Origin: Nemertoderma westbladi
Taxonomy: Eukaryota > Animalia > Xenacoelomorpha
Assembly: GCA_032718475.1 (NCBI GenBank)
Contig: JAUCBJ010005594.1
Location: 1-33,851 of the forward strand
Reading direction: 5' to 3'
Length of the DNA stretch: 33,851 nt
Shown: piece by piece, positions 1 to 10,441 of the stretch
Layout: each line of letters opens with the position of its first letter
Numbering within the stretch: position 1 is the stretch's first letter
Notes under the pieces: model-generated
Databases searched by the model: none
The model's input: the letters and a program-made list of their open reading frames with translations, nothing else
What the model was told of the DNA's origin: nothing
Position numbers and translations under genes: made by a program

Positions 1-2
1 AC

Positions 3-452
3 GGCTTCGAGGAATAAGCAGCCTTAGACGAACTTCGTTGGGCTTCGTCAGGGAGTTCGGGGGAGTCTCTAGGGAAATAACTGGGGTGGACGGTGGGATC
101 ACCGAAACAGTCGACGTCGGGATTGCAAGCAATGAAGATGATCTTATGGGACGCCACCAGAGGGAGACAACCGGGCCACTCTGAGGGGCCACCTGCGAAA
201 CGGTATCGGGCACTAATAACACCAGCGCCCAAGGAGCCAACAACCGGAATCAGCAGGGAGGTGGCGGCGAGAGTCCGAAAGCAGAAAGCGGATCCCAGAG
301 GAGCAGTGGTGACCAAGAAACGACCCAGGGAAGAGGACGCCAGGGGGAACTATCCTCAGAGGAACAGATAGGTTCCCAGGGCCGGGGGAGAGAAACTGGG
401 ACTTGGACGTGGTACGCCTGGAAGGGGCCGCATGGGACGTACGAACTATTAA
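3..452 (+). pseudogene. Possible decayed ORF (low-complexity, basic C-terminus), perhaps from a retroelement; runs off the window start
   Basis: Frame 3 reads on through isolated stops (AALDELRWASSG...MKMILWDATRG...KKRPREEDARG...GRGRMGRTNY*). Purine/GC-rich compared with the flanks. No recognisable domain. Confidence 0.25.
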
Positions 453-916
453 GTACAAATCTAATTAATGCAAATAATCATATAAGTGCAATTTGTATGT
501 ACGTACGTAGTGATTAGTAATCTAAAATATATACGCTCGAAGTAAGTACTATAGTCATACAACCTTTCTCAATTAGCTACTGGGACTGGGGGGTAAACTG
601 ACTATGGCACTATGGACGAGACACCAGACAATTTCACACTTCTTGAGTGCGACGGCACAAGAGGGGGGGGAGATTCGTCAGAAGGATGAGGTAGTCAGAG
701 TAGGGTTGAGGGACAGAGTAATAGGTGCGAAGTGCGGAGAGAGTGCGGACGCAATTCCAGTGTGGGGGGGGGGGGGGAGAATAAGAGGCTGAGTGAGGGA
801 CGAGGAGGTCCGAGTGTATGAGAGAGTTAGGATGAGAGTGAAGAAGAGATAGGGCGGAAGTGTTGGGGAAACAAAAGTTGCGTGAGAGGTGAGCGCGATC
901 GGCCCAACATGAGACG

Positions 917-1273
917 CCAGGCATACAGGGTAGCGTTATCATACCCATAGGGAGTGGCCTGGAGAGCCGGCTCTGAGAGAAAAGAATTCCACCCCACACC
1001 CGATACTAGATCGGGATCCAGCGGGATTGTAGCGCACTTTTTGGTTGATGCTATCTTCTTACCGGGAAGATAGCATGGGGGGGGAGTGTTAGCTTATTCA
1101 ATCCCGCTAACACCCCATAAAGTTATAAGCCGATAAGCAATATTGGGAGCCACGAGATTGGGTAATTAACCAACTCGTGCCATCCCAATAAGAATGGGAA
1201 GGAAGCACACAATGAGGGTCAGGGGCCAAACCCCTAACCCAGAGAGAATAGGTGGAGTGAACGGGAACACTCC
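917..1273 (+). other. Hairpin-dense tract, candidate structured RNA (UTR or ncRNA)
   Basis: Consecutive stems: 917-922/957-962, 963-974 palindrome, 999-1004/1010-1015, 1020-1029/1099-1108 enclosing 1048-1058/1066-1076, 1141-1148/1183-1190 enclosing 1151-1156/1174-1179, 1221-1225/1231-1235, 1254-1259/1268-1273. Confidence 0.5.
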
Positions 1274-1614
1274 AAAGGGCGCCAACAAGGGTATCAACCA
1301 ATCAGAGGGGGGAAAGGCATCGATTAGGTAGAGTAACAAGGCCAACCGTGCAATATAGCCACTTGGCAGTAATCAGATCAATTCAGTTATCTCAGTGCAA
1401 TACCGGTGCTATATTAGGTTACATAGTTTAGCTAGCTAGGGAAGGACCGGGACTTTAGTTACCGTATCCCGCCTTCCGTATACGACAATATTATCTCATA
1501 TCTATATCTATATCTACATATCCTAATATTATATACGACGAACAGCATAAACTCATTTACTCTTTATACACGGCAGGGACGCGTGAACTAAAACCGGATA
1601 AACCGGGATCCCTC

Positions 1615-2690
1615 TTGGATCCCGTCACACGAACACTACAGCTTGCACGGGGGGACACTGGGTTCAAGGAGGCGATCGAAGACATGTCACAGACCCGACG
1701 ACGCACAGTACAACGTGCTGTTGACTACCGTACCAGCGGCTGGATTTCCTGTCTCCCCCATGCAGAGCATCACCTCGACCTTTCTCCTCATGAGTTCCGG
1801 GATGCGGTGGCCATCCGCTATGGCCGGCCCCTCGCCTCGGTTCCGAGCCGGTGCGGGGCCCCCTTCGATCTTAACCATGGGTTAAATTGTAAGAAAGGAG
1901 GTCTCGTCATCCAGCGCCACAAAAAGCTACGGGACGTTGTGGGCGACCTGGTGGCGGCGGCGTTCGGGCCCGGCAATGTTACTCTCGAGCCGGTCGTTCA
2001 GGAGCAGCAGGGGGTCGACAGAGCTTCTGGTCTTCGGTGTGATGTGGGCATTCGGGGGGCGTTTAACCCGCAGACCCAGGCGTTGATCGACATCAGGTTG
2101 GTTAACCTTGACGCCGGGTCTTATGCGGGGCGCTCCCTGATGTCAGTCCTCGAGTCAGCCGAAGACGAGAAGAAGCGGCTCTACTCCGACGGGGTGGCGA
2201 CTTCTCGCCATACGTCGCCTCCTGCGACGGAGTGTTGGCCCCCCAAGCGGACAAGCTCCTCAGGACCATTGCGCAGAAGCTCCACCGGACGTAGGGGAGA
2301 CCCTACAGCATGGTGATGGGGTGGGTCCGTACCCGGGTCCAGCTGGCTATCGTTCGCGGGGCTTCCCATTGCCTTAGAGGGTCGCGGACGAAGTGGCGTA
2401 GCGGGCTCAGGGTGGACGACGGCGCTGGGATGCCAGGTGGCTTTGTGTGACAGGTGGTGTTGGTGCTAATATTTCGCTAATTCATGTCTTGATTATCATA
2501 TTTATTATTAGCTTTGCTTTTGATATTTTGGTGGTTGATAATGTTTATGTTTATTTCGTTTCCTTTTGCTGTGTTATCATTAATTACTGAATGAAATTTA
2601 TATTTTTATTATTTATGTATGATAATACATGAATAATAAATTTTCAGAATACAGAATACATAAATAAAGTTGAATATTTTGTTTAAAAAA
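1615..2690 (+). mobile_element. 5'-truncated non-LTR retrotransposon with restriction-like endonuclease (CRE-like clade), frameshifted
   Basis: EFRDAVAIRYG, Zn-knuckle remnant (RCG...HGLNCKKGG), RHKKLRD, RCDV...LIDIR...EKKRLY (PD-(D/E)xK-type REL). After a frameshift near 2190 it continues FSPYVASCDGVL...QLAIVRGASHCLRGSR to a stop at 2450, then an AT-rich 3' UTR with AATAAA and an A run. Confidence 0.85.
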
Positions 2691-2846
2691 ACTAGCTAGT
2701 AAATAATTACTCGCTACAATGACTATCTAATAAAATTACTAACTACAATTATTACTCATGCCTCACTATGCCTCACTGAGGCACGGATTAAATTATAATT
2801 TTACTTTTTTTACTAGCTAATTAAAAGTAGGCCTACTTAACCGGTA

Positions 2847-2952
2847 AGCAAGCAAGCAAGCAAACAGTCGGCCGAAGCCGGAGGCGACCCGAAGGCTCCT
2901 CTTTCGATAGCTGCTACCCGAGGGTAGGGGTGGGTGCTACTCCTATCCCAAG
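2847..2952 (-). mobile_element. SINE family A, 5'-truncated copy
   Basis: Reverse complement of the 3' half of 3860-4092, with (TTGC)n tail. 12-bp TSD ACTTAACCGGTA at 2835-2846 and 2953-2964. Confidence 0.85.
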
Positions 2953-3110
2953 ACTTAACCGGTAGCTAACGTAAAATCAAATTTACTAGCTACCATCTTA
3001 CTGTCAGATGGTCAAATATTCAAAAAACCTCATAATTTTCACAACAAAAATTGGAAAAATTTGTGGCGTTTGCAACGTTTGCGAAGCCAACCAACCCTAT
3101 TATTATACAC

Positions 3111-3182
3111 AGCATTCCCGGGCACAGAATCTTAAAAATGCAGCTGCATTGCAGCATGTCGATCCTACTGTAGTAGTAGTAG
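3111..3182 (+). mobile_element. Extremely 5'-truncated RTE LINE (3' UTR and (TAG)n tail only)
   Basis: Matches the 3' end at 25516-25566. 13-bp TSD TATTATTATACAC at 3098-3110 and 3183-3195. Confidence 0.85.
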
Positions 3183-3387
3183 TATTATTATACACCATGA
3201 CCCGTAATAGAGTGTCATTTTCTGATGACACGGACCCCCCCCCAGATTTTTCTATAAATCTTTATTATATTGCATGAAATTTGAAACACAACACTACTGT
3301 AGTTCCACTCACCGTCGATGACCCCATGAAGCCGGAATTTTAGATTTCGCATTCAAATTTTATTAATAAGCGTTTTAAAAAAGTGTA

Positions 3388-4145
3388 TTTTGTGAAATCG
3401 CACCCTCCGTATCGTGGCCATTCTTCACATTAGTCGTTTTCATATCATTGGAAAGCTTGCGTTGCAAGGATGACAAATATGCAACAATATCTGAATTTCG
3501 TTGAGAAACAACTGAGATATAGGCTTTCAAAGATTGCAAGAATTATCATTCGCTGAAGGCCATTTATTCTACTTAATAAATACACAAAATTCTAGAACGT
3601 GTTATTTATTTTGAGTTGGTAGGCAACAGCGGTATTCCTATCCAATATCTCTATTGCGTAGCTATACATATTTAAACAAAATGTTCCAGAACATTGTGTA
3701 TTTATTAAATAGAATAAAAGGCATCTAGCGAACGATAATTCTTGCAATCGTTGTACGCCCATATCTCAGCTGTTTCCCAACGAAATTCAGATATTGTTAC
3801 ATATTTCGAATCCTTGCAACGCAAGCTTTCTAATGATATGAAAAAATTACGACTAATGTTTAACCGGTTTAAAGGGCGGGGTAGCTCAGTTGGATCTATT
3901 GGTTGTAGGTTCAGCCCCGCCAGGGTCCACCTAGCCTGTCATCCACTGGGGTCGATAAAATGAGTACCAGTTACATAACTGGGAGCAAATCTTGGGATAG
4001 GAGTAGCGCCCACCCCTACCCTCGGGTAGCAGCTATCGAAAGTGGAGCCTTCGGGTCGCCTCCGGCTTCGGCCGACTGTTTGCTTTTTTTTTTTACGACT
4101 AATGTGAAGAATGGCCACGACACGGGGGGTGCGATTTCGCAAAAG
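3388..4145. repeat. Foldback (long inverted repeat) non-autonomous element, right arm interrupted by a SINE
   Basis: ~3388-3605 is the diverged reverse complement of ~3675-3859 joined to 4106-4145 (e.g. GAAAGCTTGCGTTGCAAGGA / TCCTTGCAACGCAAGCTTTC; CGTGGCCATTCTTCACATTAGTCGT / ACGACTAATGTGAAGAATGGCCACG). Confidence 0.8.
3860..4092 (+). mobile_element. tRNA-derived SINE family A, near full length
   Basis: A box TAGCTCAGTTGG, B-box-like GGTTCAGCCC, central CATCC...GGGGTCGATAAAATGAGTACCAG domain (resembles the Meta-type SINE domain), structured 3' part, T tail. 13-bp TSD TTACGACTAATGT at 3847-3859 and 4093-4105. Confidence 0.85.
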
Positions 4146-5029
4146 AGATAAATTTTTTTAAAAGGTAACGGACTCTTTGATGCAGGCTGGTTGAAGAGAT
4201 AGGCAAGTTGGCACCCGGATTGGGTGGCTCACTTGATGGGGCCCTCTTTGTTGCTGGATCGGGCCTGCGAAAGGCTTTGCGGTCGCCAGTAACGTAAGAC
4301 GGTTCCGCCGTTGGTCTGAGCACATTGGCTACTGTAGACAAGCCCGGAGCGCTTGTGTGCTCGCTATTGCCTACCAGGCAAAAGTGGCAGCGTCTCCACC
4401 GGCTCGGCTCTCCTGCCCACGGTAGTGCTGGTGCACTGTCCGCAGGCTATATGTTTATTTGTGGTTCGCCCAAATTATAAGTCCAATCGGTATCACCCCT
4501 GTTTGGACTCACACAGTAACCTGGTGTTCTGCACTATCGCCAAGTTCCAATAGCGTGAAGCTGCACGGATTTCTCGTGCTCCTTGGCACGATAAGCTCCT
4601 AAATCGGCTTTGAATCTCAAAAAAGTTCCAGGTAGTGATCTACTTTCGCTTAGTGTTTTGGTTTTCCGGCTAACATAAAATATTTCCACTTGAACACGGT
4701 CCTTCAATGACTTTGTTATTTACGGACATCCACAACTTTTCAATATAGTACAAAAACACAGTGATTTTCTGTTCTTCCCAAATAATACTGTATATTGCTT
4801 CCTTCTAAATAAATGAAATAGCTTACTGTAACAACTGTAGAAAAACCTCTGGGATGAGGAAAAGGATAGAAACCGGGTGAGGGGTGCTTTGGGTCCGTTA
4901 GGATCCAAAGTATAGCCTCTAAATATTCCAAAAAGCAGAGAAAAATATACCGTATTTTTAGCCGTTTTGTTTTGCTAAAAATACACCGGAAAAAATATAC
5001 AAATAAAGGGAAAAAATCTAATAATAATC

Positions 5030-5281
5030 AATTGTTTTGGAATAACGTCTTAATAAATCGTGAAAAAGTCATGGGCTAATAAAGTCTAAAAGCTGTCAGA
5101 TAGACAAGTTGAAGATGCAAAACAATCTCGGCGAACTAATATCCCGCCTCAATTCTAAATTTTGGAAAAGGAGAAGGTTTCAGTGGCACGTTGGCAAATA
5201 ACAGGTTACAGTTTTATTTTTGGGAACAATCAACTTTTATTTGCGTCGAATTTCCCCTGGAGAGGGATGAATTTTTATTAA
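5030..5281 (+). pseudogene. Decayed copy A of an unidentified protein-coding sequence
   Basis: Encodes LGELISRL and GNNQLLFASNFPWRGMNF, matching 29395-29577 with several synonymous differences. Has stops, frameshifts and deletions. Confidence 0.6.
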
Positions 5282-5428
5282 AATTAACTATTCTCTACTA
5301 GTAGTAGATAAAGTAGACTTAAATATTATACAGCTGGAATCACCATTATAGTTATTAATTAGTTAAAGTGATTTGCGTCAAGAGATGTGTTTTAATTGAT
5401 TAACTAGCTTCAAGTATTTTAAGTAACA

Positions 5429-5619
5429 CAGTTGGTTGAGCGCAGAGCCTCAACCAACCGAACCTCCAACCCCGCCAGGGTCCACTATTAACATTCCATC
5501 ATCCCATGGGGTCGATAAAATGAGTACCAGTTAAATTACTGGGAGCAAAACTTGGGATAGGAGTAGCGCCCTCCCTACCCTCGGGAAGCAGCTATCAAAA
5601 GAGGAGCCTTCGGGTCGCC
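5429..5619 (+). mobile_element. SINE family A copy split by a hAT insertion (3' remainder at 9858-9890)
   Basis: Near identity to 3915-4060. The sequence resumes as ...TCGCCTCCGGCCCTGGCCGACTTGCTTGC after 9857. Confidence 0.85.
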
Positions 5620-6530
5620 CAGTGCCGGATTAAGCCTCTGGTGGCCCTAAGGCACATTTTAGTAATTTCCAAAAATGGCCCGAAAATTGATATTTTTCCG
5701 CAAACCCTTTCAAAAGAAAAAGCTGCTAAAAACAACTGAAATTGTGAAAATGTTGCGAAGGAAATATAAAGTATTTTCGTTGGATGACTGCGTGCAAATA
5801 AGTACTAAGTACTTTAATAATAAGTACTTCGCAAAAATAGTTTTCATCAAGAATTGTAACATATACCTTTGAAACTTTTGCTATAAAATGTGTAATGGTT
5901 TTGGTAGAACTTCTCAAGCTTTAATTTTTAATATATTAATGGGACCATTACCCCTAATCTATTTGTTTTATTTATAAAGCTACCATTCTGAAACTTTAAC
6001 AAAATTATCTTTGATCTTTTATACACTATTAAAACTGAGTATAGATAGCTTCATAAACCGTTTGTTCGAAAAATATGGCACTTTTTGAGCAGGTCGGTTT
6101 TTTCAAAAATTCTATAAATTTGTGGCATTTATATGTAAATTAGTTCATTTATGGATCTGTCATACTGCATTGAAGTTCTTGGTCCAAGACTTTGGTAAAA
6201 TGGACCTAAAAATGTAGGCTATCTTCTATGATAATTTTAGCGCAAAATTATTGTTTTTGAAAAATTTAGGGAGGTTTTAGTATTTCCGGGCTATATTTTT
6301 GGAATCAAATATTTTATGATAGACAAAGTGTAGCAGTTACAAAATCGGTTCTAGAAGATCCAAATGGTTATGTTTTACAAAACCAACGATAGTAGTCCTA
6401 AAGCTGCTGAACATTTTTGAATGTTGGACGACAATGGAGTAAAAAATAAAATAGTATATGTAGTAGGGAATTTAGAGATGAAACAAGTCAAAATCAACAA
6501 ACTGATAAAAAGGTTGTGGCGGTTATACAG

Positions 6531-7939
6531 TAGGGCGGTGCGTTTTTTACTTTTTTCGATTTCATTGTTCTACCGGTGCACAAAAGTTGCCAAATGGTCA
6601 AAAAATAAGGCAAAAAAAAATTCTTTAAATTTCGTCTATATCTTCACGGATCCCAAGAGGGTTGAAATTTTGTGCCATCGCGATGCACCATAATGAAATT
6701 TATAACAATATAACACATTGATGAAAGATCAATGACTCAAAAAAGAACTTCCTGCATGCATCAAATGTCATCAAATGGGTCCAAACTTAGTTAGATACCA
6801 AAATTTTAATTTTTGGATCAAGGGAACTAGTGCCACAGGCACGTGGCCAGAACCTACCATTTGGCGCAAGTGATGATTATTCTCAATTTTCGCGATGGCC
6901 AACTTTGAGTTCTCCTACTGCATTCATATTATGCTCATTAGAACCGCAATGACCGATTTAGTGGGGATAGACACCATCAAAACAAGCATAGAGCGAATAG
7001 ATCTTGAGATATTGCAGAAAATGTGAAGTACGGCACAAGTCTACATTACCGCCTTGATGTGATATGGACAAATACACTAAAAATGATATTTTGAATTATC
7101 TCAAGGAATCACGAATAGACACATCACAGAAATGATCGATATAGTGGGTGAAGACACCTTCAAAATAAGAATAGAGTCATTAGTTCTTGAGATATTTTAC
7201 AAAATGTCAAGACTATGTCCACCAATTAATACTTGATATTGAGTTGACCCATTCCACACATTTTGTACAAAAACTATAGTGAATTAATCACTACTCTTTA
7301 ATTTTGAAGTTGTCTGTATACACTAAATCAATTTGTTGCAGTGATGTGTATATTTTTGATGCCTTAAGATAATTAGAAGTAACATTTTTGTGTATTTGTC
7401 TATAAATCATCAAGGCAGTAATGTTGACTTGTGCCGTACTTTACATTTTCTGCAATATCTCAAGAACTATTCGCTCTACGTTTGTTTTGATGGTGTCTAC
7501 CCCCACTAAATCGGTCATTGCGGTTCTAATGAGCATAATATTAATGCCGTAGGAGAACCAAAAGTTGTCCATCACCAAAATTGAGAATAATCATCACTTT
7601 GCGCCAAAGAGTAGGTTCTGGTCATATGCCTGTGGCACAACTTCCCTTGATCCAAAAATTACAATTTTGGTATCTAACTAAGTTTGGACCCATTTGATGA
7701 CATTTGATGCATGCAAGAAGTTCTTTTTTGAGTCATTGATCTTTCATCAATGTGTTATATTGTTATAAATTTCATTATGGTGCATCGCGATGGCTCAAAA
7801 TTTCAACCCTCTTGGGATCCGTGAAGATATAGACGAAATTGAAAGAAATTTTTTGTGCCTTATTTTTTTACCATTTGGCAACTTTTGTGCACCGGTAGAA
7901 CATTGAAATCGAAAAAAAAGTAAAAAACGCACCGCCCTA
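6531..7939. mobile_element. Non-autonomous hAT-type element with ~550-bp TIRs
   Basis: TAGGGCGGTGCGTTTTTTAC... / ...GTAAAAAACGCACCGCCCTA; arms ~6531-7085 and ~7382-7939. Perfect 8-bp TSD TTATACAG at 6523-6530 and 7940-7947. Confidence 0.9.
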
Positions 7940-8039
7940 TTATACAGTAGTTGGCCCCCTTAAGGCTGACTGGCTCCTGCAGGCATTTAGCAATTTTGAT
8001 CGGATCGTGGGAATGTGTTATTTATTTGCTGTAGGTTCC

Positions 8040-8985
8040 ACCTTGGTGTAGTGGTTGAATTGAATTCACATCTCCTGTAGGTCGTGGGTTCGATCCTCAC
8101 ATGGGCCAGGGCAGTTTTCGTTTCGGCACGAATGCTTTAAGGGGGGGTACACCATTTTCGGACAACTCTTCGATTTATCACTCTCAACGTTTCAAAATTT
8201 TTTGTTTTTGGCTATAATTTGGAATATAGGTGCCTAAGATGCTATTCTACATGATAGGTTAGAAAGAAAAAATTTTCGCTATTTAATATTAGTTAATACT
8301 AGTTAACAATAAAAAAAACTTGGTTGCGCTTAAAACCCTAAGGCTTTTACAGTTTTGAATCTAATCACATGAAAGTTTTTTTATATGATAGATCAAAGAT
8401 GGGGCAGCATAACTATCAGGCGAAATTTTGTTAAAATAATTCTGCACCGCTAGGTGGCGCTTCAAATTTAGGCTAAATTTTTAGGTTTGTTATAAATAGT
8501 ATTAAATTTTATTAACAAATATTTTCAAAAAGTTGTCTGATACTTTTATGCAGGGTGGCTATCTAGACACCCACAGAAAGTTTCAGACAAATTGCTCAAA
8601 AATTATAGAAGTAGTAGGTTTTGAAGTGGACAATTTCATAAAAAAAATATTTGGAGATAATCGACCTTTCATTATACATAGTAATAGTAATTTCAATAGG
8701 AATCCCTAATTGGAAATTGTTATAACTTGAAAACTAAATGAGTTATTAAATAGCAGTTTTCAGATTTGGAAATACCATTCAATGGTGCATTATAATAGAC
8801 AATAAAAAAATTCGACATATTTTTGACCAAAATGGTGTACTCCCCCCCCCCCCCCCCCCCCCCCCCCTTAAAGGGACCAGCCAGGGCGCATCTTTGTCTT
8901 GCATCCTTAAGTGGTAAATCCTGAAGTGCTAAATGAGTACTGGAGTTTCCTCTGGGGAGTAAAGTTCTGGGGGGACCGCACTTTT
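8040..8985 (+). mobile_element. tRNA-derived SINE family B, split by the TTAA element
   Basis: A box TGGTGTAGTGG and B box GGTTCGATCC (8044-8096). Body resumes after 8871 with GCATCC...AAATGAGTACTGGAGTTTCCTCTGGGGAGTAAAG. Confidence 0.65.
8141..8867. mobile_element. Kolobok-like non-autonomous DNA transposon
   Basis: TTAA TSD at 8137-8140 and 8868-8871. TIR GGGGGGGTACACCATTTT / AAAATGGTGTACTCCCC(n). RR...YY termini with TTAA fit Kolobok rather than piggyBac (which starts with CC). Confidence 0.75.
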
Positions 8986-10441
8986 TACTTTCGCAGGGTA
9001 ATTATCTTTACAGGACTTGCTGAGAAATATAACACACCGTAAGTGTGGGCTTAGTGCAAAGATACAGTATAATATTTCTGATCTAGATTTGGACTTGTTG
9101 AGAAAGTAATGTTCTTCGATAAGATAACAGTCTCGGAAATAAGCACTTTTTGTCGCTAATTTTAATTTACCCCAATTCAATTGTGCTGTCCGAGAGTTTT
9201 AGGTTTTGCAGGAATTGCACCTAAAATGCCATCGAATGCAAAATTCAATACACGGAGGGCAGAACATCTGAATTTCGGTTAAATTAAATTACAGGAGTGA
9301 CAATAAATTATTTCTGACACGTTTTTTTTTATCAACAACTATTTTATCTACAACTATTTTATCTACAACTAATTTATCTACAACTAATTTATCCTTTTTT
9401 TTATCTATTAGGGCCTATATTTATAAAACTAGTTTTCACCATTTAGGCCTACTATGTACAGTATTTCCAGTATGTCATTATTTGGTTGTTCTAGAAAGTT
9501 TAAGAGCATATAATTACAAATAATTCCCCACAAATAGATAAAATTAAATTATCCATTATTGTTCATAATTAGCACTTTAAAGTTTTACTGCCCATGTTTT
9601 ATTATTTCCCTGCCATCAGGTTTCGAACTAATAACACAGCACCTATCGGTCGACTGAGCTAGAATTTTGCACTTTCTATCAGAAATTTAGGGATAGAAAG
9701 TAGTCGAAAGATGCACTTTCTTGCTGTTTCCGGACTTTTCAGATAAAAATATTTTTTTCACAGGAGTGACTCGCTGAGAAAAAATGGCCCGGATTTTCGG
9801 CTGGCCCTAAGGCACCTACCTACCTGCCTTATATGCCTTAAGGTTAATCCGGCACTGGGATCGCCTCCGGCCCTGGCCGACTTGCTTGCAACATTTACAT
9901 TTATTTTCTATTAGATTTATTTTAAGTCATTCACGAGTTCAGTACGGTAGTCAAAAGACAAGTCTAGAAAATTCATTTTTGTTTGAAGTAGGCCCAATTA
10001 ATTGTTATGTCTAATTGATTTGCAAATATACTTTCCAACATTATATCACAGGCCCACATTATTATTTTACGCCACATGTGTACGATGTATAATACTGTAT
10101 GCCCAGTATACCGTGTATCAGTCATACCTAAATTCCTAAATATAGAAAAGACGTACAGTATTTTGGATGGTTTAATGATTGTACCATTGATGAGGGCAAG
10201 CTCGCCCTTAGGTACTTTAAAAGGAATTTCTTAAAAAGTTATTGTTATTGATAATTACTTTTTAACAAGAGACCAAGGGAACGGGGTCTTAAATGTTTTT
10301 TTTGCAAATGGTGTTAGCGTGGCGTGAAGGTAGGCCTACTGTTGGGTGCCGAAAGTTGGTGCTGCGGCCTGAAAATCCATAATCCGTGATTCCCTGAGAA
10401 TAGGGATTTGAAACCGCTGAGGGCGTTGAAACCGTATTGAA

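Larger units (their letters stand above)
5620..9857. mobile_element. Non-autonomous hAT-type DNA transposon hosting nested insertions
   Basis: TIR CAGTGCCGGATTAA (5620) / TTAATCCGGCACTG (ends 9857). 8-bp TSD GGGTCGCC/GGATCGCC (1 mismatch). Subterminal GGCCCTAAGGCA near both ends. No transposase ORF seen. Confidence 0.85.

Noticed and set aside
1499-1600. Helitron-like 5' end (ATCTATATCT...CTAATATTATA)
   Set aside because: No matching 3' hairpin plus CTRR end could be identified with confidence.
4160-4680. GC-richer segment, possibly the 5' UTR/ORF1 start of a minus-strand LINE
   Set aside because: No recognisable motif or boundary; cannot be supported.
8040-8106. tRNA gene (also 3876-3922)
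   Set aside because: A/B boxes are present but no complete cloverleaf; both continue into SINE bodies.
10181-10215. Hammerhead-like TTGATGAG-GGC..GCCC hairpin
   Set aside because: Lacks CUGA and the GAAA/UH core; more like a LINE 3' stem-loop before a TTATTG tail.
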